From IMG/VR virus record IMGVR_UViG_3300025637_000005, positions 1-30,951 of that record: a stretch of DNA of 30,951 nt; one strand, written 5' to 3'. The notes below the pieces were generated by a model. The model had not been told where the DNA came from and searched no databases. It saw only the letters and a list, made by a program, of their open reading frames with translations. The position numbers and the translations under genes are program-made. Positions 7,534 to 16,218 of this stretch are shown piece by piece. The stretch comes from a virus. Lineage: Duplodnaviria > Caudoviricetes. Numbering within the stretch: the stretch's first letter is position 1; the number at the start of each line of letters is the position of its first letter.

Positions 7534-7780
7534 ACTGAATCAGGCTGTGTGGAACTCAAGTTTGACAGGATCATCAAAGCTTCTGGCCTTGTGCTTGATC
7601 AGACACGCATTCGCAGGAAATTTTGAAGTTCCCAAGTCATTGATCATGCTTGAAACAAATCTGTCAAAGAAAACTATACGCAAGCACATTGATCAGCTTG
7701 AAGCCCTTGGGTGGCTCAGGGTTGAACGATCAGGTGGTGGGAGACCTAACCGCTACGGTGTGACGGTTCCGCCAGCTTGA
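7520..7780 (+). CDS. winged helix-turn-helix protein
   Basis: ETNLSKKTIRKHIDQLEALGWLRVERSGGGRPNRY. Confidence 0.8.
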   Translation: MGQYKLNQAVWNSSLTGSSKLLALCLIRHAFAGNFEVPKSLIMLETNLSKKTIRKHIDQLEALGWLRVERSGGGRPNRYGVTVPPA

Positions 7781-7930
7781 GGGCATACAGGGCGAGCCAG
7801 AGGGGGGTGCCTTTCAAAAAAAAAAAATAATTATTTCTTTTTGGGGGATGGGGGGGTGTAAACTGAAACCCTTCCAATACAGATATACGACACCAGCAAG
7901 CTTATTCACACTGTCAGTTGGGACAAAACC
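7781..7930. other. candidate packaging (cos) region
   Basis: Non-coding gap directly before terS with G runs, an A12 tract and T runs; HK97-type terminase plus HNH context. Confidence 0.4.
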
Positions 7931-7978
7931 GAAAAGTTCTATATACTTTGCCTGAACCAAACCAAAAGGCATAAGTAA

Positions 7979-8359
7979 ATGGCAAATTCGTTGAAAAGTG
8001 TGGAACTCCACAAGCTTGAAGGGACTTTCAGAAAAGACCGCCATGAACAATATGCCGCTGAGGATCCTGCTGCCAAGGGATTTCCCAAATGTCCTGAACA
8101 CATGACAGGCGAAGCAGCGATCAAATGGCTTGAACTGGAAGCGCAAGATATAGGCGTGATCAGGTCAATTGATGCTGGAAGCCTTGAGGTTTACTGTACC
8201 CTGTGGGGCGAATTCAAAGAAAATGCAGGTGATGTTCCAACGTCAAGAATCCAAACAATGAATGCCTTGGCGGGGCGGCTGTATCTTGACCCAGCATCAC
8301 GCGCAAAGATGCCAGCTAAGGAAACAGAAAAGCCCAAAAACCCTTGGTCTGAATTTTGA
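7979..8359 (+). CDS. terS: terminase small subunit (P27-like)
   Basis: LHKLEGTFRKDRH, PKCPEHMTGEA..KW, LYLDPASRAK motifs; directly upstream of terL. Confidence 0.85.
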   Translation: MANSLKSVELHKLEGTFRKDRHEQYAAEDPAAKGFPKCPEHMTGEAAIKWLELEAQDIGVIRSIDAGSLEVYCTLWGEFKENAGDVPTSRIQTMNALAGRLYLDPASRAKMPAKETEKPKNPWSEF

Positions 8360-10080
8360 AACATCATGAAATGGCACACCTGTACGCTGAAGACATTCTG
8401 TCAGAGGCAATCCCATCTTGCATCTACATGAAGAAAGCGGCTCAACGATACCTTGACGACCTTACAAGGGCATCAACAGAATGGCCGTATGAATACAACA
8501 CTGAACTTGCTAATCGCGTTTGCAGGTTTGTTGAACTACTCCCACACATCAAAGGCGAACTTGCCCGCCAGAAAAAGAACCTTCAGCTTGAACCTTGGCA
8601 AGCTTTCACCCTTTGCAACATCTTTGGATGGGTTCACAAGTCAACCGGGTTGCGCCGATTCTCTGAAGTGTATCAAGAACTGGGGCGCAAGAATGGCAAA
8701 TCAACCTTGCTGTCAGGTGCGGGCCTTTACCTTTTAGCGGCTGATCAAGAAGAAGGTGCGGAGGTTTACTGTTGTGCATCAGATAGGGAACAGGCCAAAC
8801 TGGTTTGGAATGATTCAAGACGGATGGTTGACAAATGTTCAGGCTTGAAAGAAACCCTTGGAGTAGAAACATCAGCGCATTCAATCCACGTTTTTCAAAC
8901 AAGTTCTGTGATGAAAGCCCTATCAAGGGAACAGGGCGGCAACCATGACGGGCTGAACACCCACGCAGCATTGATTGATGAACTGCACGCGCACAAAACC
9001 CGTGACCTGTTCGACGTTATAGAATCATCAATGGGAGCAAGAACCCAGCCGCTTCTGTGGTCAATCACAACAGCGGGCTTTAACACTTCTGGCATCTGCT
9101 TTGAAAAGCGCGACTTTGCAATTAAGGTATTGGATGGTGCGGCAACGGCTGACAACCTTTTTACGGTGATCTACACAGTTGACCCGGGGGATTTAAAAGA
9201 CCTTGATTCACTGTTCACTGATCCTGCTATATGGCAGAAAGCAAACCCAAACTGGGGCGTATCTGTCAGACCTGAGTTCATAGAGAAGGCAGCGGAGCGG
9301 GCAAGGCAGGACACCAAGACAAGAAATAACTTTCTTACCAAGCATCTTTGCGTATGGACTAACACTGAAAGCGCATGGATTGACATGGCAGCTTTGAACA
9401 GGTGCGCTGATCCTAGCCTTTGCATTGATGACTTCAAGGGCGAAGTTGCATACAAGGGAACTGACCTTGCATCAAAGGCTGACTTTGCATCAGATATGAT
9501 TATCTTCCCCAAGATCATTGATGGGCTTACTCACATATACGCCTTTGGAAGACACTACTTGCCAGAAGATACTGTTGCGGATTCTCAAAATGCGGCTTAC
9601 CGGGCATGGGCTGATGACGGAAAGATCAGCGTGACTGATGGCAATATCACAGATTACCAACAGATCCTTGATGACTTCATGAAAGATGCTGAAGATTATC
9701 AACTCAGAGAATGCGGATATGATCCCTACAACGCCAATCAGTTCACTTCGGAACTAACACAAAAGGGTGTTATAATGGTTGAGGTTCCCCAAACTGTCAG
9801 GTATTTATCTGAACCAATGAAGGAAATTGACGCATTGATTAGGGCGGGAAGGTTCCATTATGACGGTTGCCCTATCTTGACTTGGATGTTTTCAAACGTC
9901 ACTTGTCAGGAAGATAGAAACGAAAACATATACCCAAGAAAATCAAGGAACCAGAAAGCCAACAAGATTGATGGTGTGGTTGCCTTGATAATAGCAATGA
10001 ATCGCTTTCTTTCTTCAGGCGTTTCTGAAAATTCGCTTGATAGGTTCTTGAATTCTGAACCCATCACAATAGGTTTATAA
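8356..10080 (+). CDS. terL: terminase large subunit
   Basis: LEPWQ, GRKNGKS Walker A, IDELHAH Walker B, GTDLAS and KIDGVVA nuclease motifs. Confidence 0.96.
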   Translation: MKHHEMAHLYAEDILSEAIPSCIYMKKAAQRYLDDLTRASTEWPYEYNTELANRVCRFVELLPHIKGELARQKKNLQLEPWQAFTLCNIFGWVHKSTGLRRFSEVYQELGRKNGKSTLLSGAGLYLLAADQEEGAEVYCCASDREQAKLVWNDSRRMVDKCSGLKETLGVETSAHSIHVFQTSSVMKALSREQGGNHDGLNTHAALIDELHAHKTRDLFDVIESSMGARTQPLLWSITTAGFNTSGICFEKRDFAIKVLDGAATADNLFTVIYTVDPGDLKDLDSLFTDPAIWQKANPNWGVSVRPEFIEKAAERARQDTKTRNNFLTKHLCVWTNTESAWIDMAALNRCADPSLCIDDFKGEVAYKGTDLASKADFASDMIIFPKIIDGLTHIYAFGRHYLPEDTVADSQNAAYRAWADDGKISVTDGNITDYQQILDDFMKDAEDYQLRECGYDPYNANQFTSELTQKGVIMVEVPQTVRYLSEPMKEIDALIRAGRFHYDGCPILTWMFSNVTCQEDRNENIYPRKSRNQKANKIDGVVALIIAMNRFLSSGVSENSLDRFLNSEPITIGL

Positions 10081-10081
10081 C

Positions 10082-11296
10082 ATGGCAAAATGGACAAGAT
10101 GGTTATCTGGGGTTTTTTCAAACTCAGCGACCCAGCAACAAAACGGCGGGCAGAGTACAACCCCACCCAGTTCAGGCGTCATCAAACCCAAGTCAGTCAC
10201 AGTTGATTCGGCGCTTCAAGTTTCAGCGGTTTACGCTTGCGTTAAACTACTGACAGAAACCGTTTCATCGCTTCCCCTGAAGGTGTACAACACAGTTGAT
10301 GGCTCACTTGTTGAAGATACAACTTCACGCCTTGCAACCATCTTGGGATCAACACCCAACGCAATTGATACACCTGTTGAGTTTAAAGAAACATTGTTAT
10401 TAAACTTGAACACCAACGGCAACGCATACAGCCAGATCAGGCGCGGCGCAGGTGATCAACTGATTGCAATTGAACCTTTGGCTTCTGCTCAAATGGAAGT
10501 CAGCATGGTTGATGGTGTTGTGGAATATCGATACACAGGATCAGATGGTATTCCGAGAGTCTTGCCAACTGATGAAGTCATTCATTTTAGGTTCATGGGC
10601 AACGGCATTGTTGGCTTGAATCCCATTGAATACGCAGCGGGCAGCATCAGTAACCAACTAGCAAGCGAAGATTTTGCAAGCAGATATTTTCAATCAGGTG
10701 CCAAGCCATCTGGTGTAATGTCAACAGATATGGTTCTGACTGATGCACAGCATTCACAGGTCATGGGCCGATTTGCCAATATGTCGGATGGCACAAGCAA
10801 CGCGCACAGAACCTTGGTGCTTGAAGCTGGCATGAAATATCAACAGGTACAGCTTTCACCTGAAGCAATGCAACTATTGGAAAACAAAAGATACAACCTT
10901 GAAGACATTGCCAGATTCTATGCAATCCCAAGCGTGTTGATTAATGACACAACAGCCGGGACAACATGGGGCAGCGGCATTGAGCAAATCAAACTTGGTT
11001 GGTTATCAACTGGGCTTTCTCCATTGCTCACAAGAATTGAACAGCGCCTTGAAAGGTCTTTGACTTCCCCAGGTTCAGGCGTTCGCATTAAGTTTGACAC
11101 TACACAGTTCATGCGGGCTGACTCAAAAGGGCAAGCTGAATTTCTTTCAAAGCTTGTCACCAACGGAATCATGACACGCAACGAAGCGCGATCACGGTTG
11201 AATCTTTCAGCAATGGATAACGCAGATGAACTGACAGCGCAAGTCAACCTTGCACCTTTGGTTGATCTTGGATCAGAATCAGGAAATGAGGTTTAA
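10082..11296 (+). CDS. portal protein, HK97 family
   Basis: ALQVSAVYACV, GNAY, VIHFR, VLEAGMKY, GIMTRNEAR. Confidence 0.95.
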   Translation: MAKWTRWLSGVFSNSATQQQNGGQSTTPPSSGVIKPKSVTVDSALQVSAVYACVKLLTETVSSLPLKVYNTVDGSLVEDTTSRLATILGSTPNAIDTPVEFKETLLLNLNTNGNAYSQIRRGAGDQLIAIEPLASAQMEVSMVDGVVEYRYTGSDGIPRVLPTDEVIHFRFMGNGIVGLNPIEYAAGSISNQLASEDFASRYFQSGAKPSGVMSTDMVLTDAQHSQVMGRFANMSDGTSNAHRTLVLEAGMKYQQVQLSPEAMQLLENKRYNLEDIARFYAIPSVLINDTTAGTTWGSGIEQIKLGWLSTGLSPLLTRIEQRLERSLTSPGSGVRIKFDTTQFMRADSKGQAEFLSKLVTNGIMTRNEARSRLNLSAMDNADELTAQVNLAPLVDLGSESGNEV

Positions 11297-11298
11297 GA

Positions 11299-12093
11299 AT
11301 GAAAAATTGGTATAACGCAACCAAGACAGATGAAGGGCTTGAACTTTCAATCCTTGATGAAATCGGCATATACGGCACAAGCGCTGAAGCATTCATCAAC
11401 GATGTCAAAGAATATGATGACGTTGAATCAATCAACCTTACAATCAACTCCCCGGGCGGATCAGTCTTTGACGGTTTAGCCATTTACAATTATCTGAGTT
11501 CGCACAAGGCCACGGTAAACATTGAAGTCCTTGGCATAGCTGCATCATCTGCTTCTGTGATTGCAATGGCTGGCGATACAATCACGATCCCTGAAGATGG
11601 GTTCTTGATGATTCATTCGCCTTGGTCGGGTGCTGTGGGTGACGCTGATGAAATGCGGTCAACGGCTGATGTCTTGGACAAGATACAAGAAACCTTGATC
11701 AATATATACGTCAAACGAACTGGACTTGATAGAGAAATTATCTCTGACATGGTGAACAAAGAAACATGGCTCACAGGTTCAGAAGCTTTAGAACTTGGCT
11801 TTGCAACGCATACAAACGAAATGGCTGTTGCAGCATTAGCGAAAGGCATGGAGCGACATTTTAAAAAGATGCCCCAAGCATTGAGCAAAGAAAAGATTGA
11901 TGTTTCAGAAATCAAGAACATCAGAGATTTTGAAAAATCCCTTCGACAAGCGGGGGTTTCAAGAAAAGACGCTGTGGCTTTAGCGTCAAAGAAATTGGAT
12001 TTGCAGCGTGATGCTGAACCCGATGAAAAAGCGTCAGAGAGTGACGCAATTGAAAGCCTTATGAAAGCATTACAATCAAATCAAATCAAATAG
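11299..12093 (+). CDS. ClpP-type prohead protease
   Basis: INSPGGSVFDG, GIAASSASVIAM, LMIHSPW, ETWLTGSEALELGFA. Confidence 0.93.
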   Translation: MKNWYNATKTDEGLELSILDEIGIYGTSAEAFINDVKEYDDVESINLTINSPGGSVFDGLAIYNYLSSHKATVNIEVLGIAASSASVIAMAGDTITIPEDGFLMIHSPWSGAVGDADEMRSTADVLDKIQETLINIYVKRTGLDREIISDMVNKETWLTGSEALELGFATHTNEMAVAALAKGMERHFKKMPQALSKEKIDVSEIKNIRDFEKSLRQAGVSRKDAVALASKKLDLQRDAEPDEKASESDAIESLMKALQSNQIK

Positions 12094-12104
12094 GATTAAA
12101 TAAA

Positions 12105-13274
12105 ATGAGTAAAGAAATTGAAGCCTTATCAGGCGAAATCACAAGCTTCATTGCAAAAACCAATGAAGAAGTTGCAGCGCACGGCAAGATCGGTGCAAAG
12201 AATTCTGAAAGCCTAAAAGCTTTAGAAGGTAAAATTGAAGAAGTGAATGCTTCTTTGTTGAAAGCTGAACAAGTTTCTGCATCAAGCCGCGAAGCAGCGA
12301 TTGAAGCAGCTCATGCACGTTCATCTTTAGGCGCTCAGGTTGTCAATTCTGAAGGCTTCAAAGCTTACCAGAATGGCGGCAAGTCAACTTTCATTGACGT
12401 TCAAGGCAATACAATTGTTTCTGCCCCTGCTGACAACAGTGATTTAACTTCTGCTGAAGTTGCTTCACAGCGTTTACCGGGTGCTTATGGTGCTGACTTT
12501 GTACGTTATGGCATCTTAGATTCAATCACTACTGGTTCAACTGCAAGCAACTTGGTTGAATACGCACAAGAAACTACTTCAACAAATGGCGCTGATGCTG
12601 TTGCTGAAGCGAATGCATTACCTGCATCTGCACTTGAATTCACTTTAAAGCAAGCACCAGTTCAGTTGATTGGTACTTTCTTGAAAGTCTCAAAACAGAC
12701 TCGTGATGACGCACCAGCAATGATGTCTTTCATTGATAACCGTCTTTCTTACTTTGTTCGTCGTAAGTTAGAAAACGAAGTGATCAATGGTTCTGGTACT
12801 AGCCCAAGCCTTTCAGGTATTTTACAGGCTGGCAACTACACAGCACAGACTTTCACTGCTGCAACAAATGATGATTACCTTGGCCGTTTACGTGTAATGT
12901 TGACTACGCTTCAGCAGTCTGGTTATGAAGCTTCAGCGTTCTACATGAACCCTGCTGACATTCAGCGAATTGATTTGCAAACTGACCAAACTGGTATCTT
13001 TATCGGTTCTGATCCGCGAGCGTTCAACTTGCCTGTTGCTTGGGGTGTTCCAATCATCGCTTCAAACCTAGTACCTGCAAACACTGCAATTGCTGGCGAT
13101 TGGGCAACTGCTTCAACTTTATTCATGCGCGACAACACAACTGTTGAAATGTTTGAACAAGATGAAGCTAACGTGCAAAGCAACCTTGTCACTATCCGTG
13201 CACAGGTTCGCGGCGCTTATGCTACATTCGCACCTTCTGCGGTTGTTGCTGGCGACATCGTTACTGACGTTTAA
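12105..13274 (+). CDS. major capsid protein, HK97 fold
   Basis: N-terminal coiled-coil delta domain; VSKQTRDDA, INGSG, MNPAD, WGVPII, AGDW, NLVTIRAQVR. Confidence 0.95.
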   Translation: MSKEIEALSGEITSFIAKTNEEVAAHGKIGAKNSESLKALEGKIEEVNASLLKAEQVSASSREAAIEAAHARSSLGAQVVNSEGFKAYQNGGKSTFIDVQGNTIVSAPADNSDLTSAEVASQRLPGAYGADFVRYGILDSITTGSTASNLVEYAQETTSTNGADAVAEANALPASALEFTLKQAPVQLIGTFLKVSKQTRDDAPAMMSFIDNRLSYFVRRKLENEVINGSGTSPSLSGILQAGNYTAQTFTAATNDDYLGRLRVMLTTLQQSGYEASAFYMNPADIQRIDLQTDQTGIFIGSDPRAFNLPVAWGVPIIASNLVPANTAIAGDWATASTLFMRDNTTVEMFEQDEANVQSNLVTIRAQVRGAYATFAPSAVVAGDIVTDV

Positions 13275-13285
13275 TTGTCAGACTT

Positions 13286-13319
13286 GGCTGGGGGGCATAT
13301 TGTCCCCTAGTCTTTTTTT
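13286..13319 (+). terminator. intrinsic terminator after the capsid gene
   Basis: GGCTGGGGGGCA-TAT-TGTCCCCTAGTC stem followed by T7. Confidence 0.8.
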
Positions 13320-13335
13320 ATTAATAGGGCTGCTG

Positions 13336-13968
13336 ATGAAATACAAGAATCAAATCAAAAGAAAGTTGACGGTTGCACCAACTGCATCAGTGATGACGGT
13401 TGCTGAAGCCAAGGCAAGACTTGCCATTGAAACAACTGAAGATGATGCTTTGATTCAAGTTATGATCAACAGCGCTGAAGATTTTTGTCAACAATACACG
13501 GGCCGATTCTTTATAGAACAAACGGCTGAATATTCGCTTGATGAATTGCAAATTGACTTAAAGTATTTAGAAATTCCAAGCCACTCAGCAACAAGCATCA
13601 CATTAATCACATATACAGATTCAAGTGATTTGCTTATCACTGCAAGCTTGAATGATTTCTTTATTGATTATGAGGGGATGCCTTTACGTGTTGCACCTGT
13701 TAACACATGGCCAACAATAAGACAGAAAGGTTTTAACAATATGACCTTCACAGTTGTTGAAGGCTTTGGCGCTACATCTGCCAGTGTTCCTGATGCAATC
13801 ATCAACGCTGTGGCTTTGCTTGTTGGGCATCAATACAAGAACAGGGAATCTGTTGTGGTGGGTACAATCGCGTCAACCTTGCCAATGGGAGTCACTGAAT
13901 TCTTGGACAAGTACAGGGTTGTTTACCGCAATGATTATGGGTATCAGGTTGCAGGTGTTAGCCAATGA
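13336..13968 (+). CDS. head-tail connector (gp6-like adaptor)
   Basis: TVAEAKARL, DDALI, VPDAIINAVALLVGHQYKNRE. Confidence 0.88.
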   Translation: MKYKNQIKRKLTVAPTASVMTVAEAKARLAIETTEDDALIQVMINSAEDFCQQYTGRFFIEQTAEYSLDELQIDLKYLEIPSHSATSITLITYTDSSDLLITASLNDFFIDYEGMPLRVAPVNTWPTIRQKGFNNMTFTVVEGFGATSASVPDAIINAVALLVGHQYKNRESVVVGTIASTLPMGVTEFLDKYRVVYRNDYGYQVAGVSQ

Positions 13969-14318
13969 TACCAGCGGGGCAATTGAACAAGCGCATTGAG
14001 ATACAGCGCAGAGTTTCAACGCAGGACAACATGGGCCAAGAAACAGAATCTTGGACTGTTCTGGCTACTCGCAAATCATCAATCAGGATGACAGCGGGCG
14101 GCGAGACTGTAAGCACCACGGGTGAAATTGCGACCAATATGTTTGATATAAAAGTCAGATATGATTCAGGCACAAAGCAAGCGAACACAGCCGATAGAGT
14201 TGTGAATACTGAAAACCAAGATGTTTATGATATTGTCAGCGTCGATAATGTCATGGGTTTAAATACAGACATTACTTTGAAATGCCTATACAGAAGTCGA
14301 GGCGTGACGCATTCATGA
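13965..14318 (+). CDS. head closure protein (SPP1 gp16-like)
   Basis: AGQLNKRIEIQ, DNMGQETESW, IKVRY, YDIVSV; position in the module. Confidence 0.85.
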   Translation: MIPAGQLNKRIEIQRRVSTQDNMGQETESWTVLATRKSSIRMTAGGETVSTTGEIATNMFDIKVRYDSGTKQANTADRVVNTENQDVYDIVSVDNVMGLNTDITLKCLYRSRGVTHS

Positions 14319-14749
14319 AGGTTGAGGGTTTAGCAGAAACACAGATGCAGTTGGAAAAGCTGGCGGGCAAACTTGGCTGGCGGGCAATGTCACAAGCCTT
14401 GGCGGTATCTGGCCGCAAAATGAGAGCGGCGGCGAAGAACAACGCACCAGTTGGATCAGTTGACCATAGGACGTACAGGGGCAATTTAGTTGCGCCCGGA
14501 TTCACCAAGCGATCAATCACCTTGGTTAGATTTCCAAGGAAAAACAACAATACTGCACTTGTTGCGGTTGGTGTTAAAAAGTCAGCCTATTATGCGGTCC
14601 AGTTTGTTGAGCAAGGACACAAGACAAGAAACGGCGGCAGGGTTGCACCTAGACCTTGGTTGAAGAAATCATATGATCAAACGGTTGGTGCTGTTCCTGC
14701 TTCATTCACCAGCGCACTACGCGAAAGAGTATTGAAGGCGACCCAATGA
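14315..14749 (+). CDS. HK97 gp10-like tail completion protein
   Basis: MKVEGL, AKNNAPV, YYAVQFVEQGH, PRPWLK; ATGA-coupled start. Confidence 0.85.
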   Translation: MKVEGLAETQMQLEKLAGKLGWRAMSQALAVSGRKMRAAAKNNAPVGSVDHRTYRGNLVAPGFTKRSITLVRFPRKNNNTALVAVGVKKSAYYAVQFVEQGHKTRNGGRVAPRPWLKKSYDQTVGAVPASFTSALRERVLKATQ

Positions 14750-15120
14750 GATTAGACCAACTTTATCAGTTCATCACAGCGAACATGACCACCAAGGTTT
14801 TTCCCATCATAGTTCCTGTTGACTATACTGATGACGCTATAATATATAACCTAGATTCTGTTGAGTACGATGATTCAATGGATGGTGAAACGAATTTCTA
14901 TCAAGGCCGCGTGAATTTTGTAAGCGTGTCGAAAACTGCATTGTCAGCGATAGAAACATCTCAGGCATTAGAAACCTTACTTTCAGATTTTCAAGGTTTT
15001 TTAATACCTGGGGGGCAGTATGTTCAAGACACGCAATTGATTGACAAGGCGACAGTCTATGATCCAACAGCGGATTGCTTTGGCGTTTCCTTAACGGTCA
15101 TTTTTTCTTACAACAATTAA
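14746..15120 (+). CDS. putative tail terminator
   Basis: Size, acidity and position before the tail tube gene. Confidence 0.65.
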   Translation: MRLDQLYQFITANMTTKVFPIIVPVDYTDDAIIYNLDSVEYDDSMDGETNFYQGRVNFVSVSKTALSAIETSQALETLLSDFQGFLIPGGQYVQDTQLIDKATVYDPTADCFGVSLTVIFSYNN

Positions 15121-15145
15121 TTAACTTTTTAACGAGGCAACAAAT

Positions 15146-15568
15146 ATGTCAACTTCAGCATACATCAAAGGATGGACCTTCAGCATAGACACTGATGGTA
15201 GTTCCACATACGTTCTTATTCCAGAAGTAACAGAAGTTTCTGGCCTTGGCGCAACTGTGCCATTGGTCGATGTTACACACTTTGCATCAAGTTCAAAGGA
15301 ATACATTGGCGGTCTTGGTGACGGTTCTGAAATATCAGTGACATCAAACTTCTTGGCCGATAATGCGACACAGGATCTTTTAACGGGTGCTGGGTTTAAC
15401 GGATCAGGCAAGACTTTCGGAATGCAGTTCACCACAACTGATGGCACCAGCACAATCACTTACAGATTTCAAGTTGTGAACTTAGGTTATGAGATCACAC
15501 CAGCGATTGATGATAAAAACAGCATTGCTTACACGTTCAAAATAAGCGGTCCGATTTTAGTATCTTAA
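15146..15568 (+). CDS. major tail tube protein
   Basis: VDVTHFASSSKEYIGGLGDGSEISV and TFKISG motifs; followed by a terminator. Confidence 0.88.
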   Translation: MSTSAYIKGWTFSIDTDGSSTYVLIPEVTEVSGLGATVPLVDVTHFASSSKEYIGGLGDGSEISVTSNFLADNATQDLLTGAGFNGSGKTFGMQFTTTDGTSTITYRFQVVNLGYEITPAIDDKNSIAYTFKISGPILVS

Positions 15569-15575
15569 TATAAAC

Positions 15576-15600
15576 GGGGGCGAAAGCCCCTTGTTTCTTT
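15576..15600 (+). terminator. intrinsic terminator after the tail tube gene
   Basis: GGGGC-GAAA-GCCCC followed by TTGTTTCTTT. Confidence 0.8.
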
Positions 15601-15623
15601 AATTATAAAAGGCAACCCATACC

Positions 15624-15911
15624 ATGTTCACATTCAAGAAAAAGCAAATCCAAGTTTTAGGCCAGATGATAGACATTAAGGAACTCAGCGCGGGCGGTTT
15701 CCGCAAGTTTCAAAATGCTATCAATGACAAATCTTCTGATGAATTATTACAAATGGCTGTTCTGTTGCAACAAGGAACAGAGCAATTTTCTGCTATGTCT
15801 GAAGATGAAATTCTTGATCAGGTTCCAATGGACGTAATCAATAAGATAGTTCCTGAGATTGTAAAACTCAGCGGGCTTGATGATGAGGCTGAAGAAGAAA
15901 AAAAGCATTAG
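15624..15911 (+). CDS. tail assembly chaperone (gpG-like)
   Basis: Between tail tube and tape measure genes; ends in a slippery sequence. Confidence 0.8.
   Translation: MFTFKKKQIQVLGQMIDIKELSAGGFRKFQNAINDKSSDELLQMAVLLQQGTEQFSAMSEDEILDQVPMDVINKIVPEIVKLSGLDDEAEEEKKH
15899..15905 (+). other. -1 programmed frameshift site A_AAA_AAG
   Basis: The -1 frame continues K-A-L-D-P-E-V-G-F-L-H into the ORF that ends at 16216. Confidence 0.85.
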
Positions 15912-16216
15912 ATCCAGAGGTGGGGTTCTTGCACACGTTATCACTTGAACTAGGGATGACGGTTGCAAGGCTTGAATCAGAAATGACTTCAAGGGAACTC
16001 GCAAGCTGGAAAAAATACTATTCGGAAAACCCTTTTGGCGTTTGGCGTGACAATTACCACGCTGCTATGTTGTGTTCAATCCTGTGGAATGTAAACGCAG
16101 GAAAGGGCAAAAGCAAAAAGCCTGATGATTTCATGTTCAAGACCAAGGAACAAAGAAGCACAGACACAACAAACACCACCCTTGCATCACTGCAAGCCTT
16201 AGCCCAAAGGAAATAA
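15902..16216 (+). CDS. tail assembly chaperone frameshift extension (gpT-like)
   Basis: LSLELGMTVARL..EMTSRELASW..YY..NPFG..RDNYHAA pattern; open in the -1 frame from the slippery site. Confidence 0.8.
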   Translation, partial: KALDPEVGFLHTLSLELGMTVARLESEMTSRELASWKKYYSENPFGVWRDNYHAAMLCSILWNVNAGKGKSKKPDDFMFKTKEQRSTDTTNTTLASLQALAQRK

Positions 16217-16218
16217 AG

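Noticed and set aside
13090-13335. Long 5' extension of the head-tail connector ORF
   Set aside because: Overlaps the capsid gene and crosses a terminator; ATG 13336 fits the family
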